A DNA stretch of 64,000 bases, from positions 89,293-153,292 of IMG/VR virus record IMGVR_UViG_3300044658_000058; one strand, given 5' to 3'. The notes under the pieces were generated by a model that worked only from the letters and a program-made list of their open reading frames with translations, ran no database searches and was not told the origin of the DNA. The DNA is from a virus. Made by a program: the position numbers and the translations under genes. Below, piece by piece: positions 55,607 through 64,000 of this stretch (position 1 is the stretch's first letter; each line of letters begins with the position of its first letter).

Positions 55607-56250
55607 ATTGTGTCCAATATTGTTTTAACACGGGAAGCATCAATCTTACCCGCACATTTCTTCATGACTTGCCCGACAAACCAGTTCCGAAGTGCTGGCT
55701 TAGTTTGGGTATTTGCCCATTGTTCTGGATTCGCTTCGATAGCGTCTTTGAGTGCCGCCGTTATGTCATCATCCGAGATTTCAGCGAAGGCATGACGTGA
55801 CCGAACGATGTCGTAATCTTCGGACAGTTCAGGCAGCATGGCCTTTTTCTGGTTAAAGGTGAGCTTATCGTTTACCAGACGAATGAAAACTTCTCGCTTG
55901 GTCACTTTGAGAGCCGCAACACCAGTTTCCTTGGCAATAGCGGCAACCGGGCCGATAAAGAGCTTGATTGCGTCTTCCTTGTTCTCACAGGCGCTCAGCA
56001 TGTGACAGAAATCAACCCAACTGGACTCGCATAGGTTCACAAGCGCATCGGAAGTCTTTAGATCGATATCGATCCCATAGCGTTTTAGATAGGCGATTGG
56101 CGGTTCGATGAACCAAAATTTGGTCAAATAGGCTTCGTCTGTTAGTTTTGACCAAGACCAGACGAAGCCGCTTTTTTCGTTTCTGGATTTTCCGGTAATC
56201 CAGTCACCATTCACAATCACGTCGAAATGCGTGATTACATCGTCAGACAT
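55603..56250 (-). CDS. protein with C-terminal GatB/Yqey-like domain
   Basis: ISDDDI...L..AIEANP.Q......K..L.NWFVGQVMK...GK.D...V..IL. Confidence 0.7.
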   Translation of the reverse strand: MSDDVITHFDVIVNGDWITGKSRNEKSGFVWSWSKLTDEAYLTKFWFIEPPIAYLKRYGIDIDLKTSDALVNLCESSWVDFCHMLSACENKEDAIKLFIGPVAAIAKETGVAALKVTKREVFIRLVNDKLTFNQKKAMLPELSEDYDIVRSRHAFAEISDDDITAALKDAIEANPEQWANTQTKPALRNWFVGQVMKKCAGKIDASRVKTILDTM

Positions 56251-56253
56251 TGA

Positions 56254-57036
56254 TTAAAGGTCCAATTCGTCTCTAGATAGAATCCACTCACGGACCACGC
56301 CACTTCTTATTACGTCATCCACATCGAATTCAACAGATTTGAACGAAGGCATATTTTCAAGAATTCTAATGGCCGCAGGACCACCAGAAACTTCATACTT
56401 TTTCGTCAAATCGTTTTGTTTTGTATCGCCTGATACGATAACTCGACTGTTCTCACCAACACGGGTGATGACAGTGTGAATTTCCATCATTTGTGCATTT
56501 TGGAATTCATCGAGTATAACGATAGAATCCCGCATTGTCAAGCCTCTTAGGTAAGATGTGGTCGTAAATTCGATAACGCCCATTTTCTTTAAGGTTTCAT
56601 ATGCGTTTTCACGATTGAACAATTCCGCACAAATTCCAACATATGGAAGTTCATAGATTTTCGCTTTTTCAGCAAGCGAGCCCGGCAAGAAACCAGAATC
56701 TTTTGAAGGCGTCATGGAGCGGATGATCACGACCTTTTTCAATTCAGAGCCGGGAGTTAGAACCGCTTTCAAGGCCAGATAGAGCGAGCAAAAGCTTTTA
56801 CCCGTTCCGGCTGTACCATACATCAAAAGGTGATAGTCTTTTTTGAAGGCATCGAAAGCCTTTTTCTGGTTAACTGTTTTTGGCTGAACATCGATAAGGT
56901 TCAGCGGCGATCTTTGTTCAGAATAATGTTGATTGGGTTCTTTATCGACCTTGGCCCCACGCCCACGTTTTACTGTTTTGTTATATTTCTTCTTTGAAGG
57001 TGCCGTGTCAAAGAAATCGTCTAAGAAGTTGTCCAA
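56254..57036 (-). CDS. phoH: PhoH family ATPase
   Basis: PKT.NQ, GTAGTGKS, GFLPG.L.EK, YLRG.T, ILDEFQN, ITRVG, GD..Q.DL, D.IRSG.V. Confidence 0.95.
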   Translation of the reverse strand: MDNFLDDFFDTAPSKKKYNKTVKRGRGAKVDKEPNQHYSEQRSPLNLIDVQPKTVNQKKAFDAFKKDYHLLMYGTAGTGKSFCSLYLALKAVLTPGSELKKVVIIRSMTPSKDSGFLPGSLAEKAKIYELPYVGICAELFNRENAYETLKKMGVIEFTTTSYLRGLTMRDSIVILDEFQNAQMMEIHTVITRVGENSRVIVSGDTKQNDLTKKYEVSGGPAAIRILENMPSFKSVEFDVDDVIRSGVVREWILSRDELDL

Positions 57037-57090
57037 TTTATTTTCCTGTTATTGTTGTTATTATGGGACACATGACGAAAGGTCTGGAAA

Positions 57091-57333
57091 CTAAATCTCC
57101 CCCAAATTTCCAGAGTTGATAGTAGAACCGTGATTGTTCTTTTTGATACGATTGAGCAGGCTTTTCCAACCATTGTCGGTTTTGATGCCGCCAATATCAT
57201 GCACCATCGAAGCATTGGTGATGATTTGAAATTTGTCTGGATTGTTCTTTAGATATTCTTCACGCTCTGCCATGGTCATTTCAAGCGTGATTTCTTCTTG
57301 TGTATTACGGTCTTCGAATGTGTAGAAAGGCAT
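57091..57333 (-). CDS. FmdB-like small protein of T4-like phages
   Basis: MPFYTF, M...ERE.YL..NP, G.K.D.GW...L.RIK. Confidence 0.7.
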   Translation of the reverse strand: MPFYTFEDRNTQEEITLEMTMAEREEYLKNNPDKFQIITNASMVHDIGGIKTDNGWKSLLNRIKKNNHGSTINSGNLGEI

Positions 57334-57354
57334 TAAGTCCTTGTTTTCCTTCGT

Positions 57355-57408
57355 AAAAATGCATATGCCCCTGCATCACCTTTGGAAAGGCAATGGTAAG
57401 GGGCATAT
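57355..57408 (-). terminator. probable terminator hairpin
   Basis: ATATGCCCC/GGGGCATAT stem followed by T-run on the minus strand. Confidence 0.5.
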
Positions 57409-57460
57409 TGTCAATATTCTGTTTTCATAACGATATTTATCAAAACTCGCATTATGACAC

Positions 57461-58021
57461 TTATATGTCATCCGGATCGGCCCGCCATGATGGTCGTTTG
57501 AAATTCACAAATTCCCGTCGTGAGGCATTGTAAAAATAATTGCGGATTGTGTTTTCCAAAATTTCCCATTCAAAAACAGCACATTCATTAACCCTCATAC
57601 GAGCCGGTATAGAATTGTGCATAGTTATGTTTTTATTATTTACGTCCGTGAACAGCGCAGCGCTTGCGCCTTGTTGGTAACCACGAAATTTTAGATTTAC
57701 CAACAATCTGAATGAAGGCCAGAGAATTTCATCAATATTTTGATCCCTTACATAGGCTTTGCACTGTTTTCTAACAAGTTCCATCCGTTCTACCGAATTG
57801 ACTGCGATCATCTTGACAGAATGAGCGTGAACATAGGAGTCGATCCCGTCACCGGAAAAATTGCAATAAACGTTGTTTTCCAGCGATGTGTTTTCCAACA
57901 TCTGCTTTCTGGCTTCCATAAACTTCACCGGAGCCGAACCTTCATCCCAAGCAAAGACAGTGAATGTCTCTTTGTCGTTCAGAAGCCAGCTTTTTATGGT
58001 CGAGGTTACTCTTGAAGCCAA
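57461..58021 (-). CDS. hypothetical protein, paralogue of neighbour
   Basis: LLVNLKFR..FTDVNN..IP..CAVFEWE. Confidence 0.7.
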   Translation of the reverse strand: MASRVTSTIKSWLLNDKETFTVFAWDEGSAPVKFMEARKQMLENTSLENNVYCNFSGDGIDSYVHAHSVKMIAVNSVERMELVRKQCKAYVRDQNIDEILWPSFRLLVNLKFRGYQQGASAALFTDVNNKNITMHNSIPARMRVNECAVFEWEILENTIRNYFYNASRREFVNFKRPSWRADPDDI

Positions 58022-58581
58022 GATGGTTTCCCCATGCGTTTTGAGGCAGTGGTATCAGCCAAAAGTTTGGCGTAGCTCACAATGCCACGTGTATATTCAA
58101 GCTCAAACACGTAACAATGATCGACCAACATAGATTGGAAACGTCTAATATCGGCCGCATCGGTGAGATTTTCCACAACGTCAGGAATGGTTATTCTGAT
58201 TGGACGATTGTTCACATCAGAAAATTTATAGGAGCGACTTGATATAGTTGTTGAGTAGCTATTTGATTTGTACTTTAAATGAACAAGAATGGTGACGTAA
58301 GACTCATTCTTCCATCGATCTATTGTTCTATTCAACACATCCTTGTTCTGAATAACTTGAAGCAGAACACATTCCCGAGTGTAAAATTTTAGATAATTTG
58401 TTCCAAAACAAAGCAATGTGTTGGATTTGGGCAAATCTTCCACCCCAGAAAATGTAACTTCCTGTTCTCGCACATGGATGAGCGAGTCGTAGGTTAATGC
58501 TCTGAATTTACGGAAGGACGGCACCACGAAATCGGATGGTGTCTTCATAGAATCTCGAAAGTTTGAAAGTATAAATAACAT
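58006..58581 (-). CDS. hypothetical protein, paralogue of neighbour
   Basis: ILVHLKYK..FSDVNN..IP..CYVFELE. Confidence 0.7.
   Translation of the reverse strand: MLFILSNFRDSMKTPSDFVVPSFRKFRALTYDSLIHVREQEVTFSGVEDLPKSNTLLCFGTNYLKFYTRECVLLQVIQNKDVLNRTIDRWKNESYVTILVHLKYKSNSYSTTISSRSYKFSDVNNRPIRITIPDVVENLTDAADIRRFQSMLVDHCYVFELEYTRGIVSYAKLLADTTASKRMGKPSWLQE
58570..58577 (+). promoter_or_regulatory. T4-type late promoter TATAAATA
   Basis: Exact motif upstream of the hydrolase gene. Confidence 0.75.
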
Positions 58582-58601
58582 ACTAACATAGGAGATTCAA
58601 T

Positions 58602-59081
58602 TTGTCAACACTCACACCAGAACAGCGTGACGCTATCATCAAAACGATCTATGGCGAAGCCAGAGGCGAACCTGAAAAGGGTATGCGAGCCGTTGCGCAT
58701 GTCATCAAAAACAGAACAGCGGATTACCGTTGGCCAAAAGACCCCGAGGAAGTGGTAAAGCAGCGTCTACAATTCTCGTCATGGAACACAAATGATCCGA
58801 ATTATGCCAAAATTCAGGCCCTTTCTCCAAACAACACATTCTATCAGACAATCGGCCATATTGTGGATGAAGTATGGGCAGGCGAAGCCGATTTGACCAA
58901 GGGTGCAGTATATTACTATGCGCCAGCGGGTATGCCGGGCCGCAAGGCACCAAGTTGGTGGCCTACAGCGGTTGCCGAATCTGGTGGACAGATTCAGATC
59001 GGTGGCCAGTTCTTTGCTGGTAAGGTTCACACAACAAAGCCATCAGTGGTCATCAGAACGAAAACTTCAAAGAAAGCCTAA
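58602..59081 (+). CDS. SleB-like cell wall hydrolase (Hydrolase_2)
   Basis: TIYGEARGE..G..AVAHVI.NR, QFS.WN, D.T.GA.YYY, IGG..F. Confidence 0.9.
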   Translation: MSTLTPEQRDAIIKTIYGEARGEPEKGMRAVAHVIKNRTADYRWPKDPEEVVKQRLQFSSWNTNDPNYAKIQALSPNNTFYQTIGHIVDEVWAGEADLTKGAVYYYAPAGMPGRKAPSWWPTAVAESGGQIQIGGQFFAGKVHTTKPSVVIRTKTSKKA

Positions 59082-59087
59082 GCCATA

Positions 59088-59837
59088 ATGAGCTTTAAAA
59101 ATTTCTTGATTGAATCCGCAACCGCAGAGGCAGCAAGAAGTCTTGGATTGACGTATTTTGGTTTCGGAAAATACGGCAAAGATGGTCGTGTGGAATATAT
59201 CGTGCATGATGGAAGACTTATTCCATTCAATGCAAAGGTTAAGAACGAAATCGGGGATACTGTGCCAACCCACAAGTCCCTGAAACCAGTCAATGATGGA
59301 ACAAGGGTTTTCAACGGAGAACCTAGAGCTATTCAGACACAAATTTCCAAACAAACATCGGGCGCAATTGGTGAACACATTGCAGTTGCCTATCTTAAAT
59401 CGATAGGCATCTCTGATGCTGAACCCTTGAATATGCGTACTTCCAATTTTCCGGTCGATTTGATTGGCGATCACATGCTTTGTGAAGTGAAGACGGGTCT
59501 TGTTTCAAACCAGAAAGGCGCTCAACATTGGAGAGCAACTATTGGACAGCCGGGTAAGGCCGAAACAGAATGGCTTAAGACGGCTTCCAAGGAAGATAAG
59601 GCGGCTTGGAACAAGCGCAAAAGCCAAGAAATCATGGATAGGAAGAATGCAGTTCTGAAAGATATGTCAAAGAAATATGGAACGCCCATGAAAGCCCGTA
59701 CTTTGACAACGATCCTGAATCCTGATACACATACGGTTGATGTGTATCTGTTCGAAGGCTTCCATTCGGCTATCAAATGGAATTCAGATGAAGCAAAAAG
59801 GGCATATGTGGGGACGTTCAAATACCATGCAGAATGA
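59088..59837 (+). CDS. putative internal head protein with PD-(D/E)XK-like domain
   Basis: MSFKNFLIE-S T4-type prohead leader; G..GE..A..YL, PVDL, EVKT. Confidence 0.6.
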   Translation: MSFKNFLIESATAEAARSLGLTYFGFGKYGKDGRVEYIVHDGRLIPFNAKVKNEIGDTVPTHKSLKPVNDGTRVFNGEPRAIQTQISKQTSGAIGEHIAVAYLKSIGISDAEPLNMRTSNFPVDLIGDHMLCEVKTGLVSNQKGAQHWRATIGQPGKAETEWLKTASKEDKAAWNKRKSQEIMDRKNAVLKDMSKKYGTPMKARTLTTILNPDTHTVDVYLFEGFHSAIKWNSDEAKRAYVGTFKYHAE

Positions 59838-60024
59838 AAACAATAATGTGCCCAAAGACGTGGTGGATGAATTCACCAACGCTTTGAACGATCATGAAAA
59901 AGAGTTGCGCACACAGATGACGCATCATCTCGACGGCTTGGAAGGCAAAGACAAGCCCGAGCCGGAACAAAAAATCCATCACATCGACGTTTCCGATTCC
60001 GGAATGGAAAATTCCCAAAAGTAA
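59827..60024 (+). CDS. hypothetical protein
   Basis: ATG 59827 overlaps the upstream stop. Confidence 0.55.
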   Translation: MQNENNNVPKDVVDEFTNALNDHEKELRTQMTHHLDGLEGKDKPEPEQKIHHIDVSDSGMENSQK

Positions 60025-60037
60025 CGAAAAATCCCGG

Positions 60038-60065
60038 TTGACATTCTCAATATTCCAATTATATT
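60038..60065 (+). promoter_or_regulatory. sigma70-type early promoter
   Basis: TTGACATTCTC...TATATT, 16-nt spacer. Confidence 0.75.
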
Positions 60066-60091
60066 AATGGACGAATTGAGAGGAATGCCGA

Positions 60092-60265
60092 ATGTTCAAG
60101 GTCGTCGCAGCTAACGGTTGGGTTCTCAAGAACACTTGGCTGGTGCAGAATCAGCCTGCCCAAGAATTCAAGACTGAAAAGGCCGCACGGAAGGCCATTG
60201 AACGTGTCGCCGGTCGTTACATTAGTTTCGATCTAATGCGCACTGCCAAAATCATCCCGGTTTGA
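60092..60265 (+). CDS. hypothetical early protein (57 aa)
   Basis: Not in the track; GAGG RBS; MFKVVAANGW... Confidence 0.65.
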   Translation: MFKVVAANGWVLKNTWLVQNQPAQEFKTEKAARKAIERVAGRYISFDLMRTAKIIPV

Positions 60266-60278
60266 AAGGAACAATCCT

Positions 60279-60473
60279 TTGTCAATGTCCTACATCACCT
60301 ACCAGACAGTCGATGAAAACGAAATCAAGGTCTTTCTTGAAGGTAAGCGAGTCGGCACGATCTATCGCCGTGTGAATGGTATGTTCGCCTATAAGCCGAG
60401 TCGTGGTGCGGCTGGTGAACAGTTCGCCACGGTCGAAGCCGTGAAGAAGTCAATTGAAGGGGACGACGAATGA
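60279..60473 (+). CDS. hypothetical early protein
   Basis: AGGA RBS. Confidence 0.7.
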   Translation: MSMSYITYQTVDENEIKVFLEGKRVGTIYRRVNGMFAYKPSRGAAGEQFATVEAVKKSIEGDDE

Positions 60474-60709
60474 AGACCTATCCCGGCATTACCATGGTTC
60501 GTATGGGCCTTAAGGGCTCTGGCATTCCGCCCATCAACGTGGTCGAATGGATGGCTTCACGTGGCATTTGGAGCTACAAGCAGCGCATCGAAGCCGCCGA
60601 AGAAGCCTTGGAAACCGCCACGGGTGCGGAAGCTGAACGACTCAAGGCCGAAATCGAGGAAGAAATTCAGGCGGCAACCGACCGCTTCGAAGATTGGGCG
60701 AGTGACTGA
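60470..60709 (+). CDS. hypothetical early protein
   Basis: ATGA-coupled. Confidence 0.7.
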   Translation: MKTYPGITMVRMGLKGSGIPPINVVEWMASRGIWSYKQRIEAAEEALETATGAEAERLKAEIEEEIQAATDRFEDWASD

Positions 60710-60711
60710 CA

Positions 60712-60920
60712 TGGATGCCGTCAAATTTCAAGCCTTCGCTAATTCGTTGCCGAACGGATTTTTGAAGACATGGAAGGCCAATTCCATGTTGGAAGAAATT
60801 CGGATGTTCGGCGGCGTGGAAAATCTCGGCTTGAAGTGGGTTGAAGACTGCCTTCTTATGGAAGGTTTCACCAACGCCAATTGCATCGAAATCTACAAGT
60901 TTTTGAGGGACACGAAATGA
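60712..60920 (+). CDS. hypothetical early protein
   Basis: Probable start MDAVKF within track ORF 60561..60920; coordinate approximate. Confidence 0.55.
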
Positions 60921-61104
60921 CCAAGGCACAAAAGGCCAAGCGAATCTCGGAAATCACTCGACAGCTTTCCGAACTTTCCCGCAACGGTTGGGCCGGCGCA
61001 CTCGAATGCGACTACAAGCCGCTGGAAAAAGAGCTTGCGGAATTGATGTCGTGACCAGCAAATGAAATTCACTTCGTAGTACATGCGACATTGGGGTATT
61101 AAAC

Positions 61105-61437
61105 ATGCATATTATCGTTTCCGATGAATGGCTTAGCTCATGCGGAATGCAGCGCTATTGCGGCGTCAAACTGAAAGTCATCAAGCACACGCCAATGTGG
61201 TCGCCGGGCGAATCGATGTATGAAGTCGAATTGCCGGAAGGTCGTCCATGGGTTGTGTGGTCAATCCGTGGCGTGACCGAAGTCGATGAACCCGAGCCGG
61301 TTACAATCGAACCGACACCGGTTCCTGAACAGTTGATTAAGCAGGGATTGGCGAAGCCTGCAACCGACTATCTGTCAGTTCAGAGCAAGAGGAAGATCAA
61401 GAGGAAGCGGCATGGCACAGAAACCGCTCAAAGCTAA
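61105..61437 (+). CDS. hypothetical protein
   Basis: ORF track. Confidence 0.65.
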   Translation: MHIIVSDEWLSSCGMQRYCGVKLKVIKHTPMWSPGESMYEVELPEGRPWVVWSIRGVTEVDEPEPVTIEPTPVPEQLIKQGLAKPATDYLSVQSKRKIKRKRHGTETAQS

Positions 61438-61888
61438 GCTTTACGACAAGCCACGCTATCCGTTTGACGAAGAACAACTTTTTCATCATTTCGATTCGGA
61501 CAAGGAACGTGCAGCAAGCGAAAGCAGCACGTTCCCGTGGTTCAAGGCAATCTGGCTTTACGACAGAAATACGTGGTCGCTACAGCGATCCGATGGAAAA
61601 TTTTTCAATTTCTGGGATTTCGATGTCCACAATTTCGGCGGCATGTTTCCTGAATACCGCATGAACCTCTCGGATGTGACTCGCTACGGTGGGACTCCAG
61701 TGTTCTTTATCCATTGGATGAAGGCCGTGACCTATGATCGATCTATCGTTCTTTGGAACAAAACAGCCAAGGCGATTCTGGAATCCGAACCGGAAAAGAA
61801 ACCGGACCAAGTTGCAAAGCTCTGTGACCAGACAGTCGCTAAGTGGTTCGAATCCTTGAAGGATTGCATCACAGAAGAAAGACCATGA
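61412..61888 (+). CDS. hypothetical protein
   Basis: GAGG RBS. Confidence 0.7.
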   Translation: MAQKPLKAKLYDKPRYPFDEEQLFHHFDSDKERAASESSTFPWFKAIWLYDRNTWSLQRSDGKFFNFWDFDVHNFGGMFPEYRMNLSDVTRYGGTPVFFIHWMKAVTYDRSIVLWNKTAKAILESEPEKKPDQVAKLCDQTVAKWFESLKDCITEERP

Positions 61889-61893
61889 AGCTG

Positions 61894-61921
61894 TTGACAT
61901 TCTCTACATTTTCATTATATT
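61894..61921 (+). promoter_or_regulatory. sigma70-type early promoter
   Basis: TTGACATTCTCTACATTTTCATTATATT. Confidence 0.75.
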
Positions 61922-61950
61922 GATGAATGTAGAGACAAAGAGGGTTCGTT

Positions 61951-62163
61951 GTGAGCTACGTCGAACAGGTTCAGAAGTCAATTTCTTCCATGACCTATAA
62001 GCAGATTGAAAAGGCGATCATCGCTGCCAATCGTTCTGGTGAATTTCGTCTTGTTGACATGCTCGAAACAGAAGCTCACTTCCGGCGTTCTTCCTATCGT
62101 GAACATCTGGAACGCCAGAAGGAAAAGACGTTTGACCAGTCTCGCCGTTCTTTCAGAGGATAA
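61951..62163 (+). CDS. hypothetical early protein
   Basis: GAGG RBS, GTG start. Confidence 0.7.
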   Translation: MSYVEQVQKSISSMTYKQIEKAIIAANRSGEFRLVDMLETEAHFRRSSYREHLERQKEKTFDQSRRSFRG

Positions 62164-62166
62164 AAG

Positions 62167-62436
62167 ATGGAAAAGATGCCAACCTATATCGAACACATCA
62201 ACCGCTATCGCATTCTTCGCCATGAAGAGCTTCCGGAGGCGCATAAGGCCGAATATCGTTTGAGTGGCATCGAACCAGACGATCTTTGGTCGCTGATTTG
62301 GAGCTTCAATGACGAAGCCGAAGCGATCAAGTGCCTTGCCGAATACAATGATCGCCCCGACAAGCCTTCGTTTTACACCTACAAGATGGTGGACGCTGGC
62401 AAGGAAGAAGACGTGGAACGAGTCGCTTGGTTGTAG
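62167..62436 (+). CDS. hypothetical early protein
   Basis: GAGG RBS. Confidence 0.7.
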   Translation: MEKMPTYIEHINRYRILRHEELPEAHKAEYRLSGIEPDDLWSLIWSFNDEAEAIKCLAEYNDRPDKPSFYTYKMVDAGKEEDVERVAWL

Positions 62437-62765
62437 TCGGCAAGCATTACAAAATCATTGTTCCCGCCCATTACGATGCCAATGATCGATTAGTGCGGGA
62501 ACATGTTGTTCGTTTTCAGTTGATTGCTCTTCATGGTGATACAGCCGTGGTGAAGTACAAGAACGGCAAGACCGATACTTTGCCAGTCAAAGGCTTCAAG
62601 GCCGATCCGGAGCATCACATTTTCGACAAGCGAGGGAACAAATACGCCACGCAAAAGAAAGCGGCGAAAAAGCTACAGGAAAAGAAACGTCAACTGAAAC
62701 AAAAAACCAAGTTGCCTTTATATGATGACCATGATAATGGTTTCTATGAAAGGTATGGGAAATGA
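62427..62765 (+). CDS. hypothetical protein
   Basis: Operon packing. Confidence 0.6.
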   Translation: MVVVGKHYKIIVPAHYDANDRLVREHVVRFQLIALHGDTAVVKYKNGKTDTLPVKGFKADPEHHIFDKRGNKYATQKKAAKKLQEKKRQLKQKTKLPLYDDHDNGFYERYGK

Positions 62766-63022
62766 CGTTTTCGATACAGATGTTCGATGACTTTGTTGCC
62801 GTCTTCAATACGGCGGCACGTGGTCATGTTCAGGTGCGAGGCAAGCCCAATTATGCAACCGATTGGGACGCCAGCGACCCCCTGCATCAATTTCTGGATT
62901 CGCTGGACCCTATGGTTGTTTCGATGCTGTTCGCAAACGGACATGCAACCGTCAATCCGAACAACCAGCGCTCAACTCCATCAGTGGTCGCTTGTGGCAA
63001 GCTGTTTCAGGATAACCCCTAG
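62762..63022 (+). CDS. hypothetical protein
   Basis: ATGA-coupled. Confidence 0.6.
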   Translation: MTFSIQMFDDFVAVFNTAARGHVQVRGKPNYATDWDASDPLHQFLDSLDPMVVSMLFANGHATVNPNNQRSTPSVVACGKLFQDNP

Positions 63023-63034
63023 AAGAGGATAAGC

Positions 63035-63229
63035 ATGGTGTGGAATTGTAATGCGAAGATTGAATCCCGAAAGCTGACTGGATTGGCACGATATGCGTTC
63101 CAAGGCGGCTATTCGGACGGTTATTTCGAAAAACCGAAATGGACGGACAAAACCCATCCACAACATTACGATGCTGGATACCGTGAAGGTCAGAAAGATC
63201 GGCAAGAGAACGCTAAATTAAAGGCGTAA
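63035..63229 (+). CDS. hypothetical protein (GY.DG / YDAGY.EG)
   Basis: GAGG RBS. Confidence 0.65.
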   Translation: MVWNCNAKIESRKLTGLARYAFQGGYSDGYFEKPKWTDKTHPQHYDAGYREGQKDRQENAKLKA

Positions 63230-63779
63230 TGAATGCCGTTTTCAGATTGAGTGCAGTCGCCGGGCGAAATTTTCTGTTTCGTTCGGCGTCTGGGTACATA
63301 AAAATAAATTCCACATCCGGATGTTGATTGGCAAACCAGTCGAGATAAAGCATTCGATTGGCGCAATCGGCCACAGACGCACGAGTCTCCGGACCATAAC
63401 CATTGGTTGAATCATAGATATTCGCCATGTTCAATTCGGCATCTTCGAATAGGAAGTCGAAGCCGATGCAATAGAGCGCCGTGTGACCAGCCTTGATTGC
63501 CTCACGCATTGCAACCATGCCTGCATTCTCACGCCGCCTGTAGGGCGAGTATGCGAGTGGTTCATATTGTTCATCTTCTGGCGGCACAATGAATCGTTCC
63601 TTTGGGAACGATGATTCCAGAATTTCCCCGATGATTTTGTCATCGATAGCGACCAGCCAATCCGGTTTGAAATCTCTATGGGCCGCATTGCAGGCATAGA
63701 TCGGACCAAACGACTTGAAATGGTCCAAAACTATCTGTTTGCGTGTTTTTCCATTACCAACGATTATTGCAGTCGTCAT
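63213..63779 (-). CDS. glycosyltransferase-like Rossmann protein (GT42/DUF115-like)
   Basis: AIIVGNG.TR, YACNA..RDF.PD.LVAID, NAG..A, LY.IGFD. Confidence 0.6.
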   Translation of the reverse strand: MTTAIIVGNGKTRKQIVLDHFKSFGPIYACNAAHRDFKPDWLVAIDDKIIGEILESSFPKERFIVPPEDEQYEPLAYSPYRRRENAGMVAMREAIKAGHTALYCIGFDFLFEDAELNMANIYDSTNGYGPETRASVADCANRMLYLDWFANQHPDVEFIFMYPDAERNRKFRPATALNLKTAFITPLI

Positions 63780-63946
63780 TCATCTTCTCTGTAGGTGTAG
63801 TCTCGGGAACTATCAGGCAGATTTTCATCGTGCTCTTGCTGTTTTCGTTTACGCTTTTCTCTGATTTCATCCTTCGATGGTTTCTTATAATCAGAATAAT
63901 CGGAGTCGTCAAAGTCCATCCGATGGCGTTTGTAGCTCTTACCCAT
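63776..63946 (-). CDS. small charged protein (MGKSYKR...)
   Basis: Not in the track (56 aa); ATGA overlap with the downstream gene. Confidence 0.55.
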   Translation of the reverse strand: MGKSYKRHRMDFDDSDYSDYKKPSKDEIREKRKRKQQEHDENLPDSSRDYTYREDE

Positions 63947-64000
63947 TAGGCAGTCTTCTTTGGTCCCTTTGGACGGCCAGCCCGTTTCGCAGGAGTAGCA

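Overview
A 64-kb segment of a T4-superfamily (myovirus) phage genome; an alphaproteobacterial/rhizobial host is inferred from protein motifs, not shown. 1-18.9 kb is a late baseplate/tail module, mostly on the minus strand: a VrlC/DUF4815-like protein truncated by the window edge, gp8, gp7, gp6, gp25, a PAAR protein, gp5, a gp27-like hub, gp53, gp48 and a divergent gp4. It has T4-type TATAAATA late promoters and two small opposite-strand early cassettes. 18.9-46.4 kb is an accessory region of small genes driven by sigma70-type TTGAC(A/T/G)-N16-18-TATATT promoters. It holds about 17 paralogues in four Cys/(N/H)D families, a family of small two-cysteine membrane/secreted proteins, a Nudix hydrolase, an atypical methyltransferase and several structured non-coding RNAs. 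46.5-52.5 kb holds gp54, gp26, gp51, a gp29-like protein, gp2, a stand-alone sheath C-terminal domain and gp17. 52.5-64 kb holds an exonuclease, a GatB/Yqey-like protein, PhoH, a SleB-like hydrolase, a putative capsid-packaged nuclease-like protein and more early genes. Best candidates for new biology: (1) a promoter-driven 222-nt tRNA-like RNA whose anticodon loop is replaced by a 153-nt domain containing a short acidic ORF, with a methyltransferase directly downstream and further structured RNAs nearby; (2) the expanded Cys/(N/H)D paralogue arrays; (3) a gp5 with two hydrolase domains, followed by two apparent pseudoenzymes and a secreted early protein; (4) a predicted -1 frameshift joining gp26 to gp51. 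All family calls come from motif recognition by eye; no searches were run.
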